DNA of 63,701 nt, counting the filler. It is 10 parts of 10 records of this genome, joined end to end, with 100 filler letters (N's around TTAATTAATTAA, not from the genome) between each part and the next. Parts side by side here need not be neighbours in the genome. Positions count along the whole stretch, not along the records: positions 37,030 to 44,917 come from SRR31147125_149620; positions 45,018 to 52,532 come from SRR31147125_149705; positions 52,633 to 58,542 come from SRR31147125_149764; 7 more parts are not named here. The stretch is one strand, 5' to 3'. Below are positions 44,253 to 56,424 of the stretch, piece after piece (the first letter of the stretch is position 1; each line of letters begins with the position of its first letter). Below the pieces are notes generated by a model. The model did not search any database. It was not told where the DNA came from and was given only the letters and a program-made list of their open reading frames with translations. Both the position numbers and the translations under genes were made by a program.

Positions 44253-44621
44253 ATGAGTGTAGAAAAATACAGAGCCAAAGTTGTGTCCGTCGGTGAGTTT
44301 GCGGGCGAGTTTATTGAAGAAGGAGTTCTTGTATTTTTTGGTGCATCGGCTCCGGAAGAACTTCAGGAAGTTGCCGTTGTCCACGATCGTAAGGACCCCC
44401 AGGTTTCGGATATTGCCGCTGGTGATGTAATCAAACTGGGTGATAAGGAATTTCCCGTATTGGCTATCGGCCCTGTTGCCAATGAGAATATCAAGAATCT
44501 GGGCCATATTGTAATCAAATTCAACGGCTTGAAAGAGCCTGAAATGGACGGTGATATCACTGTTCCTGCGGAAGCAATTCCCGAAATCACGGTCGGCCTA
44601 GAGCTGGTCATAACAGGCTGA
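44253..44621 (+). CDS. srlB: PTS glucitol/sorbitol IIA
   Basis: FFGASAPEEL, ANENIKNLGHIVIKF. Confidence 0.9.
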   Translation: MSVEKYRAKVVSVGEFAGEFIEEGVLVFFGASAPEELQEVAVVHDRKDPQVSDIAAGDVIKLGDKEFPVLAIGPVANENIKNLGHIVIKFNGLKEPEMDGDITVPAEAIPEITVGLELVITG

Positions 44622-44641
44622 TTGAGCCGGGAGTAGTAAAG

Positions 44642-44917
44642 ATGAAAGAAGGAACTTTTGTAATTAACCATCCCGTCGGGCTTCACGCGCGACCGGCTGC
44701 CAAGTTTACAAAACTGGCAAAGAGTTTTACCTCGAGTGTCAAGCTGAAGAACATCACCAGAGATTCGGATATCATTGATGCCAAAAGCCTGGTGAAACTT
44801 ATCAAGATTGCCGTTGCCCAGAACCATGAGATCCAGTTGTGGATTGAAGGGGATGATGAAGAGGCGGCTTTCGGAGCCATCAAAGAATATATCGATCATA
44901 TCGAAAACGAAGATTAA
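44642..44917 (+). CDS. HPr-family phosphocarrier
   Basis: GLHARPA, DAKS, GDDEEAA. Confidence 0.93.
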   Translation: MKEGTFVINHPVGLHARPAAKFTKLAKSFTSSVKLKNITRDSDIIDAKSLVKLIKIAVAQNHEIQLWIEGDDEEAAFGAIKEYIDHIENED

Positions 44918-45033
44918 NNNNNNNNNNNNNNNNNNNNNNNNNNNNNNNNNNNNNNNNNNNNTTAATTAATTAANNNNNNNNNNNNNNNNNNNNNNNNNNN
45001 NNNNNNNNNNNNNNNNNAAGGAATGAATCTTCT

Positions 45034-48000
45034 TCATAATGGCCCCAATGTCACTTCCAATGCACTCTTGAGCCCAGCACGCCCCACAGGCTTCGAAAGG
45101 AAATCATCAAACCCCATAGCCATACATCGCTCTCGTTCTCCCACAATTGCATTGGCCGAGAAGGCGATAATGTGCACGGAATGTGGTTGATGGGTTTCCT
45201 TCTCCCAAGCGCGAATCGCTATTAATGCTTCGTATCCATTCATCCTGGGCATTTGAAGATCCTATGTACAACAGGTTTGTGTGTAAGGGAGTGGGTATGA
45301 CAGGGAACAGACAAGGCGCAAAGAACCATTAATACAACCGAAATCCCTCCTTTCTTCGTTTCTTCCACCGCCTCCAAACCATCGGAACACTCGATGATTT
45401 CAAGACCAGGCAATTGGGAGAGAAGACCTTTGCCAACCTATCCCCATTCCACGTTCAGAATCGATACTGTGACGTTGATTCCACAAAGACCTTAAGATTC
45501 ATGGCATTATCATCGACAAGAAGAATGCGATAGGTTGTGCGTGTCTCCGGTACGTCAAAAGATGTCTTGATGTTCTCTAGATTCTCCGTAGGTGGTTTAC
45601 TGATGGGACAAAGGGCGTCTACCAAACTTTCCAGTACGTGCTTCTTTCGAATGGGTCTCCAAATGTTCCATATCTGGTGTTGTGAGGTTAAGCTGGCCGC
45701 ATTCAGACGGATGTCTCACCTCCTGGGTTCCATTGTTCGTGTTGTTAGTCAACTCACGGCGTGATGTCCATGGCCGAATGACGAACTGGGCTGTTGTTCG
45801 ACTCACCTCAGCAAATTCACGCAAGACATTCGAGTCTGAATCCATTGAAGGTGTGCACTCAATAATGACGGCATGGAAGGGGCAAGAACTCTCTGCAGCG
45901 GTCTTAAACATATCGTGTGAATCCTTCCTTTTTCGTTAGTGTTTGTCACACCGTACCCGCAAACTCTCGGTCACACCCTCAAGCGAAGGTGAAGTCGTTA
46001 TCTGATACAGGGTTGATGAGAAATGGTTCCACCAAGAAAGAGAACACAAAATCCAACCTCCATCCCGCCCAAGCGAAGAATGTTGACGAGATTCTGTCGC
46101 GAGATGCGATTGGTCTCATGTACGAGCACTCGTTTACCTTCTAGTCCACAATCTTCCACCTGGTTTCGACGAAAGAGATTAGAAAGTCCGTTGTGATGAC
46201 GATACGCATACCCACCTCAGGGGAATGGGTGAACTGAGGGGTGATGGGAGGAGGACGCGGTGTTACACCACCACCCGATACCATCTCCGGGCTAACCATC
46301 ATAGAAGGTGTGGGAGTTGTTGGCGAAGGAGTATGCGAGAGGGCACCAGCGCGAAGGTCGCGGGGAACCCTTCTCAACTCGGCTGTGAACCAGAACATCG
46401 ATCCCTTTCCAGTTGAGCTTGTTACTCCGAGCCGACCATGCATGAGTTCCACAAGTTGTCGTGATATGTGCAATCCAAGACCCGTTCCCATTGCCTTCAG
46501 ATCCTTTTCATCGTGATCAACCTGAGGAGAAACGGAACCAACCATCAACGCGTGTGGAATCAGCAGAACAGAAGGACACCACCATACCTGAGAATACGGT
46601 ATGAAGAGGGAACGTAGTTTCTCTTCGGGAATCCCCATTCCTGTGTCGCGAACGCTGAAACGTAACATCACGGAGCGATGTGTTTCACGATCGAGTGATA
46701 CCACAACGGACACCTGGGCATGGGGAACGATAAGAGCGATTCGTGATTAGAATCGGTACCACCCACCTCTCCCTTCTCGGTAAACTTCACAGCGTTGGTC
46801 ACAAAATTTGTAAGCACCTGACGAAGGCGATACTTGTCACCCCGGAGTGCGATGGGAACGTTCAAATTGATGCAGAAGTTCAATTGAAGATTCTTGCTCT
46901 CAGCACGCTCAACGAGAAGTTCCAATGCATCCTCCACCGTTTGATACAAGTCGAAATCAGTCTCTTCCAGGTGCATTTTTCCCGCTTCGATCTTAGAAAA
47001 GTCCAGAATATCATTGATGACACGAACAAGTGAGACGGCACCCGATTGAATCGTGCTTACAAAGTCACGTTGTTGTGCTGTAAGCTCAGTGGCCTGAAGC
47101 ACTTCCGTAATTCCCATGATTCCATGCATATTGGAACGTATCTCGTGACTGACGTTGGCAAGGAGTTGAGATCGTCTCTGAAGTGACTCGAGTGCATCAT
47201 CACGGGCTTGTTTCAATGCTCGACGTTCCACCTCGATTCTGATGGCCTTGGCAGCTTCGATTGCAATGGGAATGTGATTTCCAATGGCATACAGCATGTC
47301 GAGGTCTTCATCGCTGAAGGCGCCCCGTACCAATCGACTGTCCACATACAGAACTCCGAAGAGATCCTCCTTCAAAAAGAGAGGAGCGGCAATGATGCTC
47401 CGTAGGTTATGAGAGACAATGCTTTCTGTGGGTGAGAATGTCTCGTCCCCCTCGGCATTGATAACAGCCGGGTGACGAGAGCGGCACACTTGCTTCACAA
47501 CAGAGGAAGAATAGGACGAAAGAGGAATATCCCGTTTTCCTGCATTACGTCCAACACGGAAATGGAGCTCGCCACCTCCTTGAGGCTCATCCTCCTTATA
47601 GAGAAAGAGAAAGCCTCTTTCTGCCCCCAGAATGGCGATCACTTCATCAATGGCAACGCGAACCTTTCGCTCCAGGTCAACAACGGATGCGGAGGCCAGT
47701 GACACTTGACGAAGTGCCAGGAATTGGCGTTCCACCTTGTCCGTGGCTCCAAGGTTACGAGGCCGTGCCTTAGGACCCAAAGGACTAGAGCGCGAGTGGG
47801 AATTACGTCTTTCCATTTGATTCGGGAAGAACTCTCGCACAATGCGATCCGCGAGACCATTTAGTCCCTCCTGAATTGCCATAACCTCTCCAGCCGTTGC
47901 ATGAAGCATGGCTGAGGCTGTAAGGCCCTGTGCTCGTAAGGCACGCGCTCTTTCCACATTCACCATGATCACAACCATCGGGCTGTCTGTCTCGTTTCCA

Positions 48001-51000
48001 ATTGTGAGCCCCTCATGCAAATATTGATCAGCGGTCTGAAAGTCGCCACGTAGTCGGTGTACGGCAGCCTGTCCCACAGCCAGATGGCCTTTGACGGGTC
48101 GACTGAGGGCACAGATTTCGAGATCGTGCACACCTTGAACAATCTCTCGTTCAAGTATTTCACGACGACAAACCATCTCTTCTGTTACCACGCCACCACG
48201 AGAAACTCTCATATCAAAGGCCGCAACCTGGAGAATTCTTGCATAGCAAATGGCAACATAGATGTGGTGCATTCCCTCCACGGAGGCAACGGGGGCAACC
48301 CCCAAGCTCTTGAACTGGTCCACCAGGAATTCAACAACCTCAGCATCCGATACAGGATCACAAATAAGAGACCATGTGAAAATACGATGTCCCAGCTGTA
48401 TGGTAAGTGGAAATATGGAGTTTTCCGCTAGGAGAGGCCGGTGAAACAGTTCACTTGCATCATCCTCATCCCCACGCAGGGCCAAGAGAGACATTTGAGC
48501 AGATTCAAAGATGCAAACTGTCTCAGGTGAGGACCCCGTACGTGCGTACGCCTTCAAATAGGAAAGTGTGTCAGAGATGTGACCACGAGTAATCATTTGC
48601 GAAATGAGGACAAGAAGACCGGGGAGAACGGCATGCTGTGACACAATTGATGTCGAGATGCTATCAATCGCTAATCGCAGTGTTCGATCGGATCCAAGGG
48701 AGTCGCCTGCTATGTCCAGCACGATTCCACGTCGGATCATCGCCTTCAACTTGGTCGATCCGTCTCCACACTCGTCCGCCATTTGGTAGGCCCGTTGCAA
48801 GAAATATTGACTGACTCTCGACCCGAAGGGAATATAAGCCAGGAAGATGGCAAAGATTGAATCAAAGTCAGCTCGTGTGGAGGATGGATCAAGAAATTGG
48901 GAGTAATGGTGCAGAAGCATCAAACTCTCTGCAGCTGTTGGGAGGTCGAAGTTATGATAGCTCAGTTGGGCCAGAATACTGTAAAGGAAACAGGCATGCT
49001 GGTAATGGGTCTTGTGAGTGGGATCGGCCTTGTAAACGCGACGATGGAACCATGAAGAAATCCGTGAAGGCAGAACAAGCGAGCACACAAGGGTGCGAAG
49101 CACGCTCAATCCAGCCACCAGTATTTCACGACGCGAAGAATGGGGAAGGGGTATGTCAACATCTTCAAAGGCCTTGCGAATGCACTCCATGGCCTCATCG
49201 GCCCGGAGGCAGGCCGTCAGTGCCACAGCCCTCTCCCCATACAACCGAGAACGATCTCTTCCCCTTTTAAGGAAAGGTAGTGCTTTTTGAATACAGCGAA
49301 GACCTTCCTCGTACTGACAGTGATCCATACAACAATCCGCCAGAAGCATCAAATCTTTGGGATGTGCTTGAATCTTAGCACTTTCAGCTATTCGCACAGC
49401 ATGACGAAGGAATTGAAGAGCCATGGTGCCACAAAAACTTTCGTATGCCTTACGTCCTGCCAGAACATTAGTTTCGTAGATCCTTGGAGCCAGGGACTTG
49501 TCCTTGGAAAGGGCATAGTGCCGTGCCACCATGTTGAGCAGGGGAGATTCCTCAATTTGCTCACTATCTAATGCCTGAGCAATGGATCGGTGAATATCCA
49601 GCAGGGCAGCCTTGCCCAGTTGCGTCAAGAGGGTATCGCGGAGTTTGTCGTGAATGAAGCTCACCACACCATCCTGGCCCGTCTCAACGAGTGCCATGTC
49701 ATGTGCCTCACGTAGGGCAGCAATAACCTGCTGCCCTTCCATGTCCTTGCAGACCTGAATCACATGTGTCGCCAGAAAGGACATGCCCAAGGCAGCGCCG
49801 ACTTCCAGAGCGCGTCGACAAGCGGGAGTGAGATTCTTGAGTCGTAGCATGCACAGTTGCATGATGTCACCGGGTATGTCCATTTCCACCAGGGACGCTG
49901 TGTTCAGAAGCCATTCACCGAAAGAAAAACGCAGTACCCCGGTATCCACCATGACTCGAACGATCTCTGCCACAGCCTGCAATGAAAATCAGTACTCCTC
50001 CTATCTTCGCGCATCCGGCTGTCCCAAACCTGAACATTTCCTTTGCAGAGACCGTTGATGTGATGCACAAGAGAATCGCTGAGATGTTCACCGCCCAGAA
50101 GATTGAGGATGCATTCTTCCACCATGGACTCGGAGAAGGGTTCGATGTCTACTGTTGAGACCTCAAGCGGTGACACCAGTCCTACTTGGGACAAAAATCC
50201 AGAGTTCTGTAGTGGTGTGGGTCCTCTCTTTGTTCGTTCTGCCCCACAGACGAACCTCCTCATCCCTTCCCGGATTGGTACGCATCATTGCAATCAAGGC
50301 AAGTGGAACATCGTGTATCTTTGTGGAAAGATGGGCCAATACTTGTCGTGTGGACTCATCCACCCACTTTGTGTCTCGTACTCAGTTATTCGTTCATCCC
50401 ACTCTCTCACTTGCTACACACGCACTTGGAGATCATCGATGAGGATAATGGTTTCGCGCCGATGGGCCATGGAAATCAAGGCATCGGTCAACCAAATCTC
50501 AAACCCCGATTCAAAGGGAAGCAACTCCCTGGGGGAAGACTCGTGAATCATGGTACCCGTTTTGAGGAGTTCCACAAGTCGTCGGGATAAGGTCTTCATT
50601 TCCGTCTCGAACGGAGCGAGGACTTCTCGCAACAACTCGAATGTTTTCCCTCCGTCTGAAAACCGTAGAAGTCGATGAAAGAGGTCTTCGAAAGCTTGAC
50701 GAATCACATCTCGTGGTGGAGCAGAAGGATCGCGTGTGCATGCAAAGAACAAGTACCATTTGTCTCCGCTGGCTTCCCCCTTTGAAGGAGCGTGAATCCA
50801 CGGTACGACAAGATTTTAACGGTACCTTAGCTCTCAGTTCCTGAAGAAGTCGTGTTTTCCCACATCCCGCTTCCCCGCGCAGCACAAGGGCTTGTCCGTG
50901 GTGCGTGATCTTGGCTTGTTGTTGTAGCATCTCCATGCGAACGAAAAGGTCGGGTCGGGGCACGAATCGTTCGCGGAGAACACTAGGAAGAATGGGGATG

Positions 51001-52532
51001 CATTCAGGTTCATCCAGGACGAAGGAAGGTGATTCGCCTCGTTGGATGCGTTCATTGATTTCGTCAATGTTTGCCAGAGCATCAACGAGCTCCTCTGCGG
51101 AGCGATAACGGTGGGACGGATTTCGCATAACAAGTTTTCGGATAATCTGCACAATGAAAACAAGGGTATGGGATACGTACGAGAGACTGTACACACGTAT
51201 CCCCAACCTGAGCAAAGGCAGGGGAAATGACTTTGTCCAAATCAGTCAAGTGCGAAGAGATATCGGTTGAGAGTTTGAGTTCCCGAACCTACACAAACAC
51301 AACGTCTGATGTGTGATGAAGGGGCGTGCCCGGTGCCTACCGCAGCAAGAGATTGGGCGGCAAACAGAGGTTTCCCCATAACACACTCGTAGAGCACGGA
51401 ACCCAACGAGTAGAGGTCCGCCCTGCCGTCGATCGGATCGTTGGATGCGCTTAATACCTTGCTCTACGATTAGTCTCGTTGCTTCTTCCTCTTCTTCCTC
51501 TTCTTACCTCAGGTGCAGCAAACATGAACGTGAAGCCTGTTGATGAACACTCGAACGGTTCGGCGAGTCCAAAATCCACCTGCACACCGAATGAATTACG
51601 TGTACGTACACAAGATAGAGACATGCACACACCAGCTTGGGAATTCCATCATCCGCAAGGATGATGTTCCCAGGTTTCACATCATTGTGTGTCAAACCCG
51701 TTGCGTGTACGGCCCCCAGCGCTGACGCTATGCACAAAGCCAAGGGGATTGCGGTCTCTTCGTGTAGCTAACACAGGAGACATTAGGATGGGGAGGCATC
51801 ACATCTAATCTCACCTTCCCTCGTTCTCGGAGAATGGTTTGAAGCGTACTCCCCGGAACGTACTCGGTGAGAAAATACCCACGGCCTGTATTGGTCAATT
51901 CAATACTCTGTGAGATGTGCAAACAAACCATCATCCAAATTGCCAAAGGCAAACAGTCTCTCGAGGTGAGGATGGTTGAGCAATGCAATCACGACACTAT
52001 TCCAACGGCCACATTTCTGACTGTGTTGTATCTGTGTGATCAGAACACCGAGATTCAGTCGAGGTATGAACCATTTGGGAAGAATTCACCTTAAGCGCCA
52101 AGCTCTCGCCTTTGCGAAGGACACGATAGACCGTACTCTCTGTTCCTCTTCCAATAAGTTCCACAATACTGATCTTTGAATGCGAAGAAGAGTGTCGGAG
52201 GAGGGGAATGCAAACCGCATCACACCTCTTCTGGGCAAAGCAACGCATCCCTCATTGGTACATCGGACGTAGGAGAACGAGGGCTGGGGAAGAATTCCGA
52301 CAATGTGGATTCCCCTTCGCCCGATACGTCCTGTGCACGAAGTATGTCAAGATCATTCCATTCGTGCCTCACCACTCTCCTTCCTGACCTCATGGTTTGA
52401 CACCTGGTCCTCATTCTTCTATGAATGCGGTGAGGGACCCACGCGCACACACACATAACACACACCTCCTTTTCCGTTTCTTCCTTTTTGTCATCGTTGT
52501 CGTCATCATCATCATCACCTTCTTCTTCTTCT
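45034..52532 (-). CDS. Eukaryotic multi-exon hybrid sensor: Ser/Thr kinase - AAA ATPase - helical region - GAF - HisKA - HATPase - receiver(s); 5' end uncertain
   Basis: IGRGTESTVY/ALK, HNDVKPGN, DFGLA, DLYSLG; GEAGCGKT and LIDDLQ; GAF ERGFL...RSIIAAPL; SHEIRS, NAVKFT, DTGMGI, GTGLGL; MPRMNG...DDFLSKP; GT..AG introns. Confidence 0.88.
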
Positions 52533-52632
52533 NNNNNNNNNNNNNNNNNNNNNNNNNNNNNNNNNNNNNNNNNNNNTTAATTAATTAANNNNNNNNNNNN
52601 NNNNNNNNNNNNNNNNNNNNNNNNNNNNNNNN

Positions 52633-52969
52633 TGGGCGTCAATGGGAGAGAGAACGAGAACGCAGACGGGATCGAGAATGGGATCGAGAATGGGATCGAC
52701 GGGAACGGGAACGTCAGCGAGAACGAGAACGCGATCGACACACACGAGAGCTCTCACGTCTCCCTTCCTCTCATTCAACCTCCCCTTCTCCTGTTTCAAG
52801 CAGTGCCGTGTTACGAAGACGGAAAGATCCCTGGGTATCGTATTCCCCGGTTGCTCGACCCGTTGTGTCTCCTACGCCTGCATCACAATCCATTTCTCAG
52901 ACCCCTGCAAGGATTCCTCCTCCTCAAGATATGTCGGATGAAGAAATTGACATCCTAGGAGAAGGATGA
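52633..52969 (+). CDS. 3' end of an Arg/Glu/Asp- and Ser/Pro-rich low-complexity protein
   Basis: Open frame from contig edge: WERERERRRDREWDREWDRR...EEIDILGEG*. Confidence 0.5.
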
Positions 52970-53100
52970 TGGGTGCTGACGTGGCAGGCTGACAGGCATT
53001 TTTTGTACCTCCCCACTTCCTTTCCCCACTTCCCCTTCCTCCCACGCGCATGGGTTTCGAGCCGCTGGGATAATTTTCCAGGCTTATTCTCCTCTCCGGA

Positions 53101-53460
53101 ATGATTCCCGCGACCGATGCCACACGTACCACCGCCACCACCATCCCCGACCTTCAAGTTTTCCACGAGTTGCTCCAACGTCTCGTCTCGTCGACTTTTC
53201 TTCGTAATGCTATCATTTCCGCTGTCGAAGATGGAGACAGTGGATCTCTGGGCCATGAGGAGGACGTGAACTCTTTTTCGAGCCTCCCTCCGTCTGCTTC
53301 GACCCTCTGTTCATGGAGCACACCACAATCGTGGCACGATGCCATGGGGCGTGTTCCCGATCTGGAAGTCTTTCGAATCTTATTGGATCGTCTTGTCCCC
53401 CGTGTGAAAGATCGCATTCGATTAATCCGTGTAGTGGAGGATGGAGAGGAGCTACTGTAA
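53101..53460 (+). CDS. Hypothetical protein with a duplicated SAM-like segment; start uncertain
   Basis: IPDLQVFHELLQRLV...AVEDG repeated as VPDLEVFRILLDRLV...VVEDG. Confidence 0.45.
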   Translation: MIPATDATRTTATTIPDLQVFHELLQRLVSSTFLRNAIISAVEDGDSGSLGHEEDVNSFSSLPPSASTLCSWSTPQSWHDAMGRVPDLEVFRILLDRLVPRVKDRIRLIRVVEDGEELL

Positions 53461-53500
53461 CGTGGAAACCACCAAAGGAAACAAACAATTCAACACAGTC

Positions 53501-53587
53501 CCTCTCGTGCATTCGGTCCCTCAGCACACCACCCCCATTGCTTTGCATTTTTAAGTGGTTGCGTCACTCACACGCATGCATGAGAAG
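53501..53587 (-). promoter_or_regulatory. Eukaryotic type II SECIS element (GUGA core)
   Basis: CUUCUCAUGCAU/AUGCACGAGAGG helix I; GUGAC...UGAG core; GCAACCACUU/GGGUGGUGUGC helix II; unpaired A-run; UGC-AAA-GCA ministem. Confidence 0.85.
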
Positions 53588-53603
53588 ATTCATATCCAAG
53601 TGT

Positions 53604-54355
53604 TCACAGAACCAGACGTTCTCCCAGGAATTCTACGTCCAGGATGAGATTCCAAACCCTCCTCCCCACACGATTGCTGCACCTTCAATGGTGTCCACTT
53701 TCCATGATGCCACGTTGACATCCTCAACAACAGCACCTCGTTCGTTCTTGAGATGCATCACGGGAGGAGCGCCCGGTGTGAACTAGCGAATCCCTCCGTC
53801 ATCATAACAATCCTAACGATCCTAATGATCATCATCACCTTCACTGTGAAGTTCGTATACTTGGCTCCTCGTTTCACAATGAACTCCTGAATCGCTGGGA
53901 GACCTCCTAGGAGTCACCTTCCCCACCACAAACAACGTGTCACACGTACAACCACACCAAACCCCCCATCAACTCCTTTCCAACCTGCACACTTCCAGTT
54001 CTGCCGAAGTGGCCTTAGGCTGAAGAGAGGAGAAGTGAGGAAACAGACCTCCCCAGGGTCATCCGCACGCATCACCTTGTCAACACTTGGGACTGTATCG
54101 TCTGCACAGCATACAAGACAATCCGCTACGAGTTCCTCATCAGGGACATATTCAGCAAACTAGAGTGTGTGTGAGAGACGTTCTAAGGGGTGTTGGGAGG
54201 CAAACCTTCACACATGAAGAACAGAGCAACGTCTCTCCGAACCCCCGCTCTCGACACGCAAGATCCGCCGCACGGGTACAACTCCCCCACACCACGAACA
54301 CAAAAACCAATGCAGAACTCCACACAGTCGACGGCCACGAAGCCGTCCTTCTCAT
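53604..54355 (-). CDS. SELENOF: Selenoprotein F (Sep15), 158 aa, Sec at residue 91. Exons 54355-54206, 54159-54076, 54019-53985, 53917-53839, 53782-53683, 53632-53604
   Basis: Spliced product: signal peptide, CRERGFGETLLCSSC, DCLVCC, AELEVCR-U-LLGGLPAIQEFI, GAPPVM, WKVDTIEEFLGERL; all five introns GT..AG; downstream SECIS. Confidence 0.92.
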
Positions 54356-54392
54356 GTGGGAAGAAACGGCAAATGGACAGACCGATCGATTT

Positions 54393-54437
54393 CCATCGGA
54401 TCCATCAGATCCATCGGATCCATCTGATCTATCGGAT
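54393..54437. repeat. Five copies of a 9-bp unit (CCATCNGAT) between divergent genes
   Basis: CCATCGGAT CCATCAGAT CCATCGGAT CCATCTGAT CTATCGGAT. Confidence 0.85.
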
Positions 54438-54506
54438 CAACGAACTCCATCAAAGGACGGGGAGCAAGGGAGCAAGGGGAGCAAGCATCCTCTCCTCTTC
54501 ATCAAC

Positions 54507-56418
54507 ATGATCCTCCCATCTCCATTCTCCTCCCTTGTTCGTCCATGTTGCGTGTGTGGGGTGGACACGTAGGCGTGGCCTGGGCAGCGCTTCAGACGGG
54601 TTTCCTTTCCATGCGCTACGCACATGACGGAGGAAGAAGAAGAAGAAGAGACCTTCCCCAAGAACAGGAAGCTCTCCTTCGTGAGGAACTCAAACGTCAT
54701 CAGGAGCTGTGCGTAGAGGGCAGGCGGTCGGGCGATCGAGTGGGGATACGTACGAGCCATAAGGTGGTGTTGTGTAGGGAGGAAGACCCTTCCGAACCTC
54801 TCTCGGAGGAATACTATCGTGAACTTCACGAGGTACTCAGCAAATATGCCCCAGAACTACAAGCACAACCCCATCTCTTGGACGATCCTTCGTTTGGGTT
54901 ACGTCTTCTTCGCTACACACATCAGGATGTGTGTCTGGGAGAACTTGTGGGACTTTCACGCGATTGTCTCCATGCCGATGCATACGTTTCTGCAATGAAT
55001 CAGTTTCGTCGTGTGGTATGGGATGAAGAAGCGCTTCATCAGTTCGAAGAGGAGGTGAGAGAGCGGAGCGGATCGGATCGGATCGGATCGGAGCTGATGA
55101 CGGATTCATTCAAAGGGACTCCGTGAAGAGATGGATCAGTTGAAGAAAGATATGCCTGAGCCTCTTGATGCGGATGCCTCTGCGGAGGAATGGAAAGCAT
55201 GGCGAGAGGCTGCAGCACAGGAGATTCTTCAACAACAGACAAGAAGAATCCAAGAGGAGGATGAGGCGCATACATCTGCATGGTTTAGGAAGTATGTATG
55301 CGAGAAGATGTGGAGGAAAAGGAACTCACAGGGATCGAAAGATCCACAACGGACGAGGAAGTCGCAGATCGTGTCCTCAAAGAAACAACTTATATGATGA
55401 GTCATCGTCTGTTCGATGATATGGATCCCGAAGCATGGCAACAACACATTGATGTGTGGCGAGACGAGTTGCGTGAAGCCAAAACAAGGATAAAGGACAC
55501 ACTCCCCTCTTCGGAAGACGATCTGAATCCCTGGTTGTGGAAGCGCTTCTCTGAATTATCCGGATATGATTGTGTAGACATGGCAGATCGTGAGCTGGGT
55601 GAAGTGTCAAAGACTATACATTGCTGGGCGAACCAGCAGGGATGTGAGAAGGAAATCGACGAGTTTCGACAACTCTTGAAAAGGCAGCGGGTTCTCCTTC
55701 CCGAAAAAGTGGTGTACGAGTTGATGAAGACCTCTCAAGAAACGCTTGAGAATCCCATGAACCGAGAGAAACTGGAGAATCTGGTGAAAGACATGCGGGA
55801 GCAGGGTAAGATCGAAGAAGCCAACACACTCGAACGTGTTGCCACAGAGGGAACAGCATGGTTACAGGAGAAGGCACGTCAACGTGCGGTGACAGTCCTT
55901 CAGGTGTGTGTGCGTGTGTGTATGTGCGTGTGTGTGTATCCCACATCGTTTGAAGGAACTGGGTGGAACCGGCAACGATCCATACGAAACACTAAAGAAC
56001 ACGGGATTCCCTCTGTGGTTTGCTTTCATGGTGGTGGTGATGGTGATCAGAACGATTCACAGCCTTTCAGGAGAATGGAACTTGTTGCAGGACCAGCCGT
56101 TGTGGTGTGTGGGGTGTGTGCGTCCTAACAACAGACCTTGGTGACGGAACGACTATACACCAGCTTACAAAGCGACGGGAAGTATTAGAAGATCGTGGAT
56201 GGACGGATCAAGTGAACGCCGAAATGCAGGAAGCCGAACGCGAATCAACTACAGCAACACTTCTGTCACGACCTGGCGGGCCAATGGATTTTTCCATTCC
56301 ACCTGAGCAACGCATTGGATACATTCGCATGAAGACAGAGACAGAATGGGAACGTGAAGTGAAGAAACGCGCATACAGGCAACGCAAGACAGATCCATTA
56401 CTGAATACAGAAACATGA
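54507..56418 (+). CDS. Multi-exon hypothetical protein, coiled-coil rich with one late TM segment
   Basis: Successive E/K/R-rich plus-strand ORFs joined by GT..AG introns (e.g. 54541-54572); junction near 55290 unresolved. Confidence 0.55.
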
Positions 56419-56424
56419 TTCCCC

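Noticed and set aside
30008-54355. Two selenoprotein genes in one window as a linked selenium system
   Set aside because: One is bacterial and one eukaryotic, on different contigs
54393-55095. CRISPR-like array from the CCATCNGAT and (CGGAT)n repeats
   Set aside because: Short tandem units with no spacers, eukaryotic context, no cas genes
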